NCBI GenBank assembly: GCA_052327205.1
Contig: CM126219.1
Location: 46,128,001-46,192,000 of the forward strand
Length of the DNA stretch: 64,000 nucleotides
DNA from: Somniosus microcephalus
Taxonomy: Eukaryota
Reading direction: 5' to 3'
The position numbers and the translations under genes were made by a program. Below, in pieces: positions 11,387 through 24,187 of this stretch (position 1 is its first letter; every line of letters begins with the position of its first letter). The notes under the pieces are model-generated. The model was not told the origin of the DNA and made no database searches. It saw only the letters and a list, made by a program, of their open reading frames with translations.

Positions 11387-12869
11387 TGGGGGTGGGTGGG
11401 TGGGGTACTTTTGCCCCACCCCCTTTTCACCTGCATCACTCAGCAGACCTGGTGCTTCAGGTAGGCGCTTCAAAGAAGAGTTAGTAAAAATCTGAGAAGG
11501 AAATGTAAAAGTTTTTGTTGTAGCAGTTCTGTGAGAGTGGCCCTCAAACAAGTCACTTGCCAGGATTGTAGCCTTCAATTGAAAGCTGGCGAGTATCCCT
11601 AGTCTGCAGCAGAGGACGCACGGGCCATGTACAGGGATGAGCAGTGGGTGAGATCTCAGCCAGATTTTGGTAGTGTACGTGCAAACCACATTCAACAGCA
11701 ATGAGCAGTTGCCACAAACTGCCATTACAATGAGCATGATGCAAAGCCGAAATGCACACTGTTGTAATATTTTGGTTTTTTAATTCAACCTCAACTTAAT
11801 CCCGGTTATAGATTTTTCAGCCTGAATTTTTTTTTTACCTAGGAGAAGCAGAGTTTTCAAGTGGTCTGTCGCCATCCAACCACACTCAGCTTGCAGTGCA
11901 ATGTGCATCCAATTAGGGAAACCTTTTTGAAATCTGCCACTAATGTAAACAATACAAAGTGAAATGCTTGCCAAATTGATCTTCCTGACCAACATGCCCC
12001 ATATAAACAGTCTGTCCTTGAAAAGGGGGACAAAGTGCTTGACTGTGGGCAAGTCATAAAAAGCATCACTCTGTAGCATCAAATTGAATGGGACATGTTA
12101 CTAATTATTTAAACAGGCCCGTTCTGACTAATGGGAATTAATGTAGTTTCTTGATTTCTTCCATATGTCCCTATGCTGCAGCAGAGTTTTTTTTTTGCTT
12201 CAGCGTCCCTCTTCTGCATAAATTCATTTATTTTCATCTGTAGCTGACAATGGAATAGGCACTGAGAAAGCGAAAAGTCTGTGAAAAGACTCTCTTGATT
12301 ATTCTCTAGTGATGGGCAAGGAGATAATGCAGGATGGGCGTGGGTGCTTCAGCCATACAGCTTCAAGGCTTAACTGCTGACAACTAGAACTAAATCTTAA
12401 TGAAGTATTTTTAATGTTCAACAATATCACGAGACAATAAGCAGTACATTAACCCATACCCACCATTTAATGGACAGATTTCTCTTTTGTCTCATGTTAC
12501 TTCATTTTTTGTTTCAGGAAATTAAGCCCCTTCCTTTTAGTGGGTCATTATTATATCTAGAAATGTTTTTTTTTCCTCTTCTTTTTCTAACATGTCTTAA
12601 CACTCTTACTGAGGTCTATTGCATACATGCACACGAGTTGCTGGATGTATATAAATTAACACTAGCTGAACTGTTTAGTTTTAGTCCCAGGCGAGGCAAA
12701 CAGTTTGAAGTTTAATAAATGTACTTCAGGAAAGATTAATAGATTTGTAATCTTAAAAAAAATTCCTTTGATAATATAGAATTTGATAAAGATGCAACCA
12801 AATATAAGCTAAACTTGAAAAGTAATTGCAGCATAAACCAAATCAACAGTTGGTAGGCACAACAATCAG

Positions 12870-13255
12870 TGCGAAGTCAATCAGACAGACCAGGAAGGTC
12901 CATGCTTTAATCCTCTATCTGTGTAGACTTAATTGTTAATTTTCAGGGTGGTGGTATTGGCTTTACAATTCAGTTCGGGGCACTACCGTTCTCCTCGGGA
13001 CCACTGGACCAGAGAAGAGAAAATCAGCCTTATGATTGCTGCCCAGTGACATTAGCTGGAGAGTGCATGTAGGCGGATATTGAGTGAGGACAGAGTAGGG
13101 CTGCGTTTAGTTGCCCACCATGTTCGGATAGCATGGCAACATTTTATAGCATGAAGAATGGCCACCTGGATGAGGACCCCGAGCATGGCTAGTGCCTGTG
13201 GAACCAGAAGTCGTCGATGCCTAAAGAAGGGGGAAATTGGAAGAGGAAGGAGAGA
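12870..13255 (+). mobile_element. Ancient SINE, same family as 10325..10670
   Basis: Shared motifs in the same order (cagaccaggaaggtcc, aaaatcagcc, gaatggccac, gcctgtggaacc). Confidence 0.5.
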
Positions 13256-15304
13256 AAAGCCATATTTTTTCATCAATTTCCTATGTTAAGATAGGAATCC
13301 TTAAAATGCCACTTCCTCTGATTTCTGAATCACTAGAATGTAATGGCTTTAATGTAAAACAGCCTTTAATTCTTTTTGTAAAGTACTAGACAAACACAGT
13401 TGTCATCTAAGTCTGCTTATACTTGAGATTGACTAATTCAACAATCATTCAGAAGTGATGGTACACTAGCATTGCCTCCCATCAGATTAAAGTGTATCCT
13501 TAAAAAGGCTTAAACTTTTAAAATTCAAATGTAATGAAGCAAGAATCTCTGTATTACTAAGCCTTTGTACTAACTGATCCATCAGAAAAATTGGAAACCG
13601 AAATGAAAATGCAATAAAATGTAACAAAAGATGATGAGAGGAAATTAGTTACAGGAATTCATAATAGAGCTATGGTGGATTTAATTTTCTAAAGTTATAA
13701 TGGCAGGAAAAGGGATCAGGCTCTTTGAAAACTTTGCATAATCGTGCAGCAGCCATGCACTTAGTGAGCTTGCTTCACATTTCAGTTATGATGGGTTTTA
13801 GTTGTGCTGGTGCCAAACTGGTTTCACCAGCACTCTGCTGGCCAACAGCATGTGGCATTACTTTAAAAAGAACATTTGGCATTTTCGCTAGGAGTGTTAT
13901 TCCTCTCGGACAATATATGGAGCAACGCTGGTATCCAGGACCAAGAACCTCCAGCCCGGCCATCCACTGCCCTGGCTCGACGCACACAAAATGACAGACG
14001 AACAGGCAGAATAATGAAAGGTTAAAGGGGAGAAACTTTCAAGAAACTGGTGATCATTAAATAAAGAAGCAGTGGCTTAGCTCACTTAGTGGCTTAGCAA
14101 AGTGTAGAGCAGCTTCAAGCAAATCAAGTGCCGAAGTCTTGCAAACAGATGGACAGTCAACAGGAGCAGCACTCGTGGACTGACGGTGACCAGGTCAAAA
14201 CAGTTGATCTGTGGAAGCGTTTGTTCAACTTTAACCTGATCTTGCAGCAGTTTGTTTCATTGCAAAAAAAAAGATCTGAGTGTAATTGTGGCCTTGATAA
14301 AAAGCCATGAATATATTATACTGATAATTTAGACAGTTCTTTGTGAATCAATGAATTCCACACTTTGCTTTAGAGTTTATCATTATGCTGGTGGCAACTT
14401 TTCATATAAAATCAGCAATATAATATTAGTCCTGGTACAAAGATCATCATTGATGGATTTTGACATTTTTTAGAATGTTCATACAATGTGTGCTTCCTTC
14501 TCAGATTTAACATATACGTTGGTGCCCACTTCTAGTGATTCAACATCCCAGCATACTGCCACGTAACTGAGTGGAATAAGCCTCGTGCTATAATTAAATT
14601 ACATGTACTAATAATGAAAATCTAAACCCTAATCACTTATTCATTGGTTCACAAAGAGCAGTGGAAAGGCCTATGCAGATTAATGAAAACTGGTGCCTCC
14701 AGTCACAAAGCACTTACTCACCATCAGCACAGTAACTTAATCATAACACATTATAAAAGTATTAATTAATTCCAGTACATTGTGTCTCTGGGTCACAATC
14801 GCTTTTTTTGTGAAGCCTTACAGTCAGTTTCAGGTCAGGCTCACAACCTGAAGAAGCACAAAATGTATTCATTTCAAGTTCACAGATAGTTCAAGAGTCG
14901 GCCGAAGGAGCAGAAGTGTACTGTGAACATGTGAAGTACATCTCCACAGTTTCCGGACAACAGTTTGCTGTCTTTGGGCTTTATTGAATGCTCACCCGAT
15001 ATTCAATTGGCCAGTCTTAATATAACGAACCTATAGTGAAATTTGGCATGGGTAAATAACTTCAGAAAAGGAGGTTATGCATTCTTTGCTGGGCCCTTCT
15101 GGGTGTTTTATTAAAAATTCAACTCAAGGCCCGAGGAGGCAGAAAGCCTCCTCAGGGCATCGTGCAAAAATAAAGGGTTGAGCTACCCTGGGATTGGAGG
15201 GTGAGCTGCTAACCTGAACCCAGATCTGACATCTTGAAGGGTAGGAGGACACAAACCCCTGTCTTACACCTCTAGCAACAGGCTCTCCCGTACTGAACAT
15301 TATA

Positions 15305-15638
15305 CAGGAAACTTTCGATTTACTGGCACCTAAATAACTGGAAATCTCGGTTAACCGGCAAAATTCAGGAGTAGGTTCAGGTAAGTTTTACTTCATATTG
15401 TACTTGCCTTCCTCGACCTGTTGCTGTGCAAGGGTGTGGCTGCAGCTGTTGCTAAGCTACAGAGACGCTTGGAACTTGTGGCCATTGTTCTGAACCTGTT
15501 GCTAAGCAACAGGGTTTGTTGCTTTATACAGAGCTCTCATCTCGCCATATCTTTTACTATAGCTTTCGGTTATTCAGAATTTTTGATGAACCGGCACCAC
15601 GTCGGTCTCGTCGGTGCCAGATAAAAAAAAGTTTCCTG
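15305..15638. mobile_element. Tc1/mariner (pogo/Tigger-like) MITE
   Basis: TA|CAGGAAACTTT...AAAGTTTCCTG|TA with ~24-bp TIRs and TA TSD; sister copy at 31661..31984 in opposite orientation. Confidence 0.85.
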
Positions 15639-16847
15639 TAGAAAAATTAGGAGAAGCACAAGGGCCAGCAGTTTTCCAGGTGTAAAATGTGTGCAATGAT
15701 CATCAATTTAGAAGGGCAGAGGCCCGTGCCCCATTTGCATGGACATTCAGGCCCCTGTAAAATTGGCCAGGGCCCTTTTTTTTTTAGATGGCCCTGATGG
15801 CCCATCTCTAATGAGCGCAAGCTGAAATTTTGGAGTGGACAGAGCTCTAGAAATCCAGATCTAATCATTTGGGTCACTTTTCATATGAAGGCTAGATACT
15901 GCAGGGAAGGTCATAAGTTGCAGTAGAGCTTTGCCACCACAAATTACTCAAGGTAGGACTGCTCTTTATTCCAGTCACTGCTTCAGTTTGGCTGCTTAGC
16001 TAGGGACTAGTTTCATATTGGGGCATTAATGTACAGCCCTGATGTTGATGTTGGATATTGAGATTACATAATTCTACTTAGCTCTGGATAGTGGTCAGGC
16101 AAATGCCAGGTGAGTGGACATGCCAGTTAATGAGAAAACAGTCGGTGACACAGCTTGCATATCTACCCATTATTGGTGCTTTAGCCAGCCATCAGCAACA
16201 GCTTTCTCTATTATTATACAGTACATGTAATTTCATTATACAGTAATTTATTTAAAAAAATTAGCCCTGATTTTATTCTCATACAAAGAAAGGAAAGTGA
16301 TTACTTGGAAATTAATAACATAAACCAGCGACGCAATGAAGATTATTGTTTGAAAGTAACTAACTGAATACGAGCATGTTCCTTTCTAGCTGATCTACTG
16401 GGCAGTACTAGCTTCAAGGACAACTTGAGAATATCAGCAGTTCTGGGAAGATGAGAGACTGAGTGCAAAAATATATATAAAAGTAAATTCTTACTAACTG
16501 AGCATTCTAAAAATAATTTTGATTCATTAGACTGTAGGTTAGTGTGACATTGAAGTGCCATTATATTACAGGTACTGGTGTGAGAATAGTGCGGAACCAG
16601 CACAGACCAAGCTGCAATGCCAGCTTCCTCATTGCTTATAGCTTCATTCACAAGTATCTCAATTCTTGTTAACTTTTCCTGTTGGTATAGAGCCAACAGT
16701 TTACTGCTAACACTAGACAAATTCAATACGAACTTTAAAAATTCCCAAGCAATTTGTTGGACGACGTGGAAGCGTCACTTCAGATCTGCTGCAGGTGTGA
16801 AGCCAAAACAATTTCAGAATATCTCCCAGAGGCGTGCGAAACTTCTT

Positions 16848-16912
16848 ACAACAACAACCACTTGCATTTATATAGTGCCTTTAACATAGTAAAATGTCCC
16901 AAGGCGCTTACC
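16848..16912 (-). mobile_element. L2 3' tail fragment
   Basis: (aac)n + cttgcatttatatagtgcctttaacatagtaaaatgtcccaaggcg, nearly identical to the tail of the L2 at 29383. Confidence 0.7.
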
Positions 16913-17026
16913 TAAGTGCAGTTCATATGACCTCACGGTAGAATTGCTTTCCACTGTTTGCATCACTGCAAAGCTGAAACTGCTCCACCTTAAACTACGT
17001 AATATAACTGGGCGACTAAACAGAAA

Positions 17027-17394
17027 GGGGTAACTCGAACTTAACCTGCCTGCCTGGAAACGAATGGGATTGGATTGATTGTTCATTTTACACCCCACCC
17101 AATCTTATTTTTCATTGAAGTCAATGGGGGAGTCATTTTAACTTTCTCCGATGTTGTAAAATGAGTGATGTCGGATCAGCCTCCCATTATACGCCCTGCC
17201 CCATTTTTCTTTCCATTCGGAAAGGAAAATCAAGCGGGGTATATGCAGGTGGCTGATCCATTATCGCCCATTTTACAACAGCGGTGAAAGTTAAATTCCC
17301 CCCAATGGAAAGTGAGATCGGGAGGGGTGTAAAATGGGCGCCCGATCTGATCCCGTCAGCTTCCCACTGGGTGGGTGAGGTTAAAACGACCCCC
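17027..17394. mobile_element. Palindromic Harbinger-type MITE containing a nested relative (17126..17303)
   Basis: Outer ends GGGGTAAC...TTAACC / GGTTAAAACGACCCC. The inner copy has GGGGGAGTCATTTTAAC / GTTAAATTCCCCCC and is flanked by AAT on both sides. Confidence 0.65.
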
Positions 17395-20109
17395 TTGATC
17401 TAACTGTGCCAAGTTGACTTGCTCCTGAAGGGCAGCAATGTTCAAAAGAGGCAATAGAATGCAGGCAATTTATTTCTTGTAATGTACTAAAGTTTTTGTT
17501 ATTTAGGTTGAATGTGGACTTGTTTAACATTGTGTGCTCACACATATCTTATAGCACATCAAAGTTTTAATTTGAAAGTTCTATTTATGTTTTAAAGATA
17601 ATTCTTAAAGATTTCTTGCGGGGATTATTCAATTATAGACTAGTGGTTCTGCAATAGCAGATAGTTCTGTAATGTATAGCTACTTATTGATCTCTCTCTT
17701 CAATTTTAAGTATATCAGCTAGAAATCTAACCATACCATTATTTTCAAAGGTGCAAAAGTAGTGAAGACCAAAAAAAGGCATGAAGGGAATAACTGTGAA
17801 AGGATACTTGCATCTATATAGCCAAGTTGTCAAACAGGCCCTGATTCTGAGGAACTTTCTTCAGAACAGCTGGTGAGGATTTAAGATGATGCAGTGCAAT
17901 AAAATGGATAGTTCTGAACAATGTCAAGCATAAAGCAGGGCCGATGACTGTTAGCAATTAACTGCAGTCTGGATGCTGGACAATTACCTTTTTGACCAAA
18001 GTTCAATAAATCATTCAGAATTTAATATAAGTTATTGTACATTTATTTTCATTCAGGATTAGAAGGTCGGTTTTGAATTACAGTTGTAAAACGTAAGGAA
18101 CCCTGGCCTATAAGTGAAGATTTAAAAAAGAAAAACGACATTAGCCACAGGCCATAAAGCATGGAGCTGTTATTCTGGAGCTTGTAATAAGAGTAATTTA
18201 TTGCATCAGTATTCTTCACCTGCCAGAGAGAGCCAGTTGTTTCATTACAGGAGAAATCAGCCTAATTACAAACATGGGTGAACTCAATGACCACTCGAAC
18301 CAATTGATCAATACAGCATGTAGAATCTGAAATCTAACTTAGAATTACCTGATGGTCTAAATCCTTGGTCACCATCAGAGCAAATGCTGGAGTTACATAA
18401 AAGTGAACATGCTGGCACATTTTCTGCATCAACACAGCTTTACTATAGCCGTGTAATTGCTGCTGGCGCAACCATTCAGGACTTAACGCTTAGTTACTGA
18501 ACGTATTTTGGGAGTACCAAAGCTTGCTGGTTTACACACAGTTCTGATGTTTTCAGTATGTGGGCTATATTTCCTTCACAGCGAGTCAGCCAAAGGCATA
18601 GGAACAAACACTAATCCTCTTCAGCAGTTGCACACTGCAATTAAGAGATGGTTAAGCACCTGAAATAGCACTGGGAAGGCAAAGGCAAATGTTTACGGAG
18701 CAAAATTGGTGTATAATTGGGCATTACAGAATGAGGGAAGCTAGATTTACAGGCCAAGCACTGCAAGAAGTCAGGGAGTGAAGGGCACAATTTATAGGCT
18801 AGATCCTCACCCCCTGCCAGAAGCACCTGGTGCACCAAGCATTAGTGGAGGTGGCTGGAAGTAGGGAGAATTTATTAGCTACCCCACAGTCCCAGATGTG
18901 GCTGACTCACGTGGAGGGCACAGCCCAAAAAGATTGAAGACCATCAGAACCCTAGTAAGCTGTCAGTGGAGCCCTCCACCCAGGAAATGCATTTGGTAGG
19001 TTAGGCAACACACGTCTGTACAAAGCACAAGCATGGTGCCAATTCAAGCTGCTAACATTCACACACTACATAACATGGGAAATAAACACACTACACTTAT
19101 TTGTCATCAGTTACAATATACTGTAGTAGGAACCTCACATAAGATGGCAATAAATAGCATTTTGATGTACTGCGTATAAAATTGTAGGACTAGGTCATTT
19201 GGGTACGGCTAGTTTGTAGAGGTAGTTTGCCTCTTTTAAGAACTGATGTAGATGTGGGAGTCCCAGGAAGGCATCTGGGGAATTGGCCTCTGATACACCT
19301 GGCCTCCTTGCTGCATTGATGGCACTGCTGCTAATTCCTCATTAGAGTTTCCATTCTCTTACCCTGCCATGGGTTTCGCTGTGTTTGGTAATGACCAGCA
19401 TGCTGAGGCCTCATTTCATGGTGAATGTACCGGACGTATAATATACATCGATCATTCTGGAAACTCTGGAGGGGGTGTTGTATTGCAAAGCTACTTCTGG
19501 TCGGCCCTTACGTATCAATTGCTGCTTAAAGATCCTACTGTATGTGTACATGCCACTCTGAATTAAATGTTCTGGATCTACTTATAGATGGTGGGAAAAT
19601 GGACAAATCAGGGTCTTTTCTTATTGTTGCATATGTCTTACTTTTAGCAGAGTTCATTGGATGACTGGGCAAGACAAAGTATTTAAGCAATTCATTGATA
19701 AAATTAGGCAGAGTGAGATACTTCTCAGATATGATCCAACACATTTTAATATGTTTCCTTATCAGAGCTTCAGTTTGGGTATTCCAAGCTCAACTCCAGT
19801 TGAAAGCTGTTAAACTGATTATTACATAATTGGCATATGCAACCTGTTGGTGTGCCAATTAATCCAGTATAATCCTGACTAAAAACCATAGAAACCAGGT
19901 GCTTCTGGCAGTGGTGACCATCAATCCTATAAATTGTGGCCTTCCTCTCCCTGACTTGCAGTGCTTGGCCTGTAAAACTCAACCCCTCAAGCCCAAGGAG
20001 CAAGGAAGGGTTTGAGCGTATCTACTGCACAACTGGTTGAGCTGTCCATCTCCAGATCTGACTGGACCACACCAAGCACTCGGGAGTCACTCTCCTCTGC
20101 CATAACCAC

Positions 20110-21210
20110 CCATTACTCCAGGATCATCCACAGACAGGAGGCCGACTTACACATGTACACTGACATCACCCAGCTTTACCTCTCCACCCCTTCCCTTGAA
20201 GCCTTCATTGCCTTTGTGTTGTCAGACTGCTTGTCCGGCATCCCCTCTTGGATGAGCCACAATTTCCTCCAGTTAAAAATTGGGAAGTCCGAAATCATTG
20301 TCTTCAGATCTCACCAAAAACTCTGTACCCTTGCCACTGATTTCATCCCCGTCCCTGGACACTGTCTGAGGCCGAACCAGATTGTTTGCAACCTTGGCAT
20401 CCTATTTAACCCCAAGCCGACCTCTGACCCCATATCCTTTCCATTATGAAGACCTTCTACTTCCACCTCCACTGCTTCTTCAGCCCACTGAAAACCTCAT
20501 CAATGTCTTTGTCACCTCCAAACTTGACCATTCTAATGCTCTCCTAGCTGGCCGCCCATCATCCACACTCCATAAACTTCAGCTCATCCACAATATTCCT
20601 GCACCAAGTCCTGCTCACCCATCACCCCTGTTCTTGTTAACCAACATTAGCTCCGGTCGCTCTACGCTTCCAATTTAAAACTCTCATCCTCATGTTTTAA
20701 AACCCTTCATGGCCTCACATATCGCCATCTCTGTGATCTCCTTCAACCATCTCCTGCCCCCAAAATCTCCATTCTTCCAACTCTGACTTCTTGAGCATAC
20801 CCCTTCCTTTGCCCCACCATTGGCAGTTGTGATGTCAGCCATTTGGCCTCATATTCTAGAAAACCCACTCTAAACCTTTCTGCCTCTCCTAAGGGCAGAC
20901 TGGCTTCCTTGAAAGGGCCACACAAGCCTTTGGGTTTCACAAAGTAAAAGTGGGTGTCATCGATAATAAAGTGCTACAAAACCATTGAAAGGGCACTCAG
21001 GAAATCTCTCGATTTCCCATATAGCCAGTCTGCCCCTGGCTTCTCCATTTTCCTCTCCTCCTTTAAGACGCTCCTTAAAACCTACCTCTTTGACCAAGCT
21101 TTTGTTCATCCCTCCTAATCGCCCCCTTGGCTTCCATTTGTGTCTGATTACATCTCTGTGAAGCGTCTTTTACGTTAAAGGCACTATATGAATGCAGTTT
21201 GTTGTTGCTG
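20110..21210 (+). mobile_element. Degraded L2 LINE 3' part
   Basis: HMYTDITQLYLS (YADD region), WMSHNFLQLKIGKSEIIVF, LINVFVTSKLDHSNALLAG; ends in a ttgttgttg tail. Confidence 0.85.
20890..21038. mobile_element. hAT-type MITE inserted in the L2
   Basis: TIRs TAAGGGCAGACTGGCT / AGCCAGTCTGCCCCTG; 8-bp TSD gcctctcc (20882..20889) / gcttctcc (21039..21046). Confidence 0.75.
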
Positions 21211-21519
21211 AAAATGTCTCAACTACTATAATACAGACGTGAACTCCTTTCTTGGACTGGTGAAACCTAATTATATGAAGATTATGTTATTCTTTCACAC
21301 AGAGAAAATGAAATAATTTGCAACAGTTTAATTAATTGTCCCTGTTTGGCCTCACATATTTCTCCCAGCTGCATTTTTTTTTAATGATGCTTACTTAGGA
21401 CCCATTTTATGAATATTGCTTAAAATATGATGCATCATGAAACAGATTTCAGTAACTAACAGATTACGACTGCAGTTATACTGTGCTACCAGCCTCAGAC
21501 AGTCAGCGACAGAATCTAC

Positions 21520-21691
21520 GGGTGGAAATTTTCCCCTTTCCCACTTGGGTGGTAAATCTGTGGGGTGGATCAACCAGCCATTATAGAACACACCCAACTT
21601 TAATTACCATTGATTCCAGTGGAAATGAAAACCAGACGGGCAATCTGCTCTGCCAATTTACTGCCCAAGTGGTGAAGGGGAAAATGAGCCC
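21520..21691. mobile_element. Palindromic Harbinger-type MITE related to 17027..17394
   Basis: GGGTGGAAATTTTCCCC / GGGGAAAATGAGCCC ends; central ccattgattccagtgg. Confidence 0.55.
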
Positions 21692-22090
21692 TTATTTGTA
21701 GCTGGCAAGATCTAACTCCTTCAGCATTGCTAGAATTGCACACATGCAACCAGTAATGTGGGCAGAGATCCAGTATAACAGATCTGTGGCCCATTTCCAA
21801 TTGCCACCCACCTAATTGGCGCCCCAAAATTCAGACAGACACCAGCATAAAATTTAGCCTTAACTTCATTCCTCAGTTGGGGAGAAAAAAAGCAAGCAAT
21901 GTTGTTGCTATCACCGTAACTCTCAATCCTCGGTCTCAATAGATATCAAACCAGCTCTGTTTTAAAGGTAACAACTGACCCTAAATCAACCACCTCCCCA
22001 TAGAACATTTTGTAACACTTTACAGAGGGAAAACAAAAACACGGCAAACATTTAAAAGAATATTGATAGAACACAGGCTACAAACATAAA

Positions 22091-23706
22091 GGCCGGGATT
22101 TTGCTCAGCTCGGCGGGTCTGGGGCGAGCGATGTCGGTAGTGGGTTGCGGCCCCGCTGCTGGCTCCAATCCGCTCTGTGAAATTACTTTCCATTGATTGG
22201 GCTTGTTAAGCCCGCCCAGTGCGTTTCCCAGCAAATTAGAGGAAGCGGGTCTGGTGAGGTCATTTGATGACGCGTCATCAGCCAGTTTCCTTAAAGGGAC
22301 CAGGTCCAAATTTATTTTGAAATTTGTGCTGTCAGTATTCTACAGCATTGAGATGCTGCAAACACTGACAATGACTGCACAGAGGCACATGGCTGCACCC
22401 AGGCTCTCCCATGACTTCCTCCATATGTCACAGCATGCGGAAGAGACCGCCCCAGGAGATCAACACAGCCTGATTGCATATTGCAGAGAAGGTCAGAAGC
22501 AGGGATGTGGTCAGGAGGACCTGGGTGCAGTGCGGCAAAAGTTTCAATGATCTCAGTAGATCACGAAACGTTAGTACAAAGCCACACTCAACCTCATCCT
22601 GCTGTGCCTCTCATCACATCCCCATCACTCTGCCTTCCCTACCCTACTCCTGCACATCCTTACTCACACCAACTTACTTTGCACCTCCACCCATCCCTCT
22701 CTATCTATATTATCACATCCCCATCTCACTAGCCACCTCTCACACTCACCCTCATCCTAGTGCCATCATACCAACTAACAATACACAGGGGTAACCACTT
22801 GGGTGTTTTATGCAATGTTCATGTAAAGTTTCTGTTAATGTGGTGTCAAACATTGAAACCTTTACTTTTAGCACTTTGCGTTCTTGGACAGATTTATGTG
22901 CGCCTTTGGAAGTGGCTTAGTGAGTTGCAGTGAATGGTGAGACATAACGGTACCCCCCATAATGGTGATAAGTGTGAAAGGAATGGCTTGGGCATTGTAG
23001 GGATACTTTATGGTGTTGGTGTGGGGTGGTGTCAACCTGGCGCATCATGTGGCAGCCAGGGTGTACAGCGTCAAGTGAAGTAAATCTGGCCATGGTGAGG
23101 CCATCCCTCGCCTCCCGAGCAGCAATGTGGTCAGGTGCTGATGCCCTCTGTCCTGTGCAGCATCAGTCGATTACAGAGAATGTTGGTGTTGTTGTTGGTG
23201 CTGCTGCTTTTGGGGCTGGCCGTGGTCGGATTCTGAGGACCAAGGTGAGAGAGTATAAAGGGCACCCATGCTAATGTAATAGATGGCAGGTGAAGTTGAG
23301 ATGAAAGAAGCGATCTGTCAATGGTGAGAGAGATAATGAGGTCAGTTTGGATGGAGATTTGTGTAAAGACTTGCAGCATCCTGGATCTGTTGTGAAAATG
23401 CAGTAAGGAACAGCTTGTGGCTGAGGGAAGATATTTCTGTAAGGTGGGAGGTTTTACTTTACATTTGAAGCTGTCATCTCAACTGATTCAATGGCCACTG
23501 AACTCCTGCCTCAGCTTGAGACGTGGCCCACGACCAGTGTGGACCCCATGGGCGAGCTGTCAAATGCAAAAGGTAAGCTGAAAATCATTCTTAAGTGGCT
23601 CTAAACAAACCACTAATTACCTGAATTGGGTCGCCCGCCGCTGCCTGACGGGTTTGCTCATCACTGACAGACCCTACATCTGGAAAGGGGCGTGGGAGCG
23701 AGTTGC
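22091..23706 (+). mobile_element. Internally deleted Harbinger element with Myb (+) and transposase (-) remnants
   Basis: Starts GGCCGGGATTTT. Plus strand gives MAAPRLSHD... and IAEKVRSRDVVRRTWVQCGKSFNDLSRS (Myb/SANT). Minus strand gives MGALYTLSP...QKQQHQQQHQ and HIAAREARDGLTMARFT. Right end truncated. Confidence 0.75.
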
Positions 23707-23753
23707 TCCTCTGCTTCTTTCTCAATCCTTAAACCTTACTGGTTAAAGAGATA

Positions 23754-24187
23754 GGGGGAAAAATTTGGTTGCTTTGCACCTCCCGTTAGCACCCTAAGAG
23801 AGCGCTAATGGGGCGCAAAGGAACTAGTGCCGCCAACGCCTCCCACGAAATTCAGCAGCGATATTCCCTCGCAGCGCCCCAAGAGGGAGGCGGGGCGCTT
23901 CCAGTAGCGCCCTGCTTCCCTCTTGGGGTGCTTCCACTCAATTTCGGTCATGGGGGCGCTAATTTTTCTGGGGCGCTAAAGGCGCAGTTAGCACCCTGGG
24001 GTGCGACTCAATTTTTAGCCCATAGATTCTTAGTCCCGTCGTTTATCGAGGTCGCAGATGTCCCATCGCCCTCGCCGCGCTGTTATAAGTCGCACTACCA
24101 GTAATTAGCAGCACAAAAATATTCACGCTGAAGGATGAGAAAAAAAGTCTAACTAACGGAGCACAGCGCTCCAGCAAATTCTGGGCC
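23754..24187. mobile_element. Harbinger-type MITE with GCGC-rich subterminal repeats
   Basis: GGGGGAAAAATTTG / CAAATTCTGGGCC ends; repeated ggggcgct / tagcgccc motifs. Confidence 0.6.

Noticed and set aside
16343-16889. Overlapping 127-aa and 90-aa ORFs
   Set aside because: No recognisable domain or convincing splice boundaries; the 3' part runs into an L2 tail.
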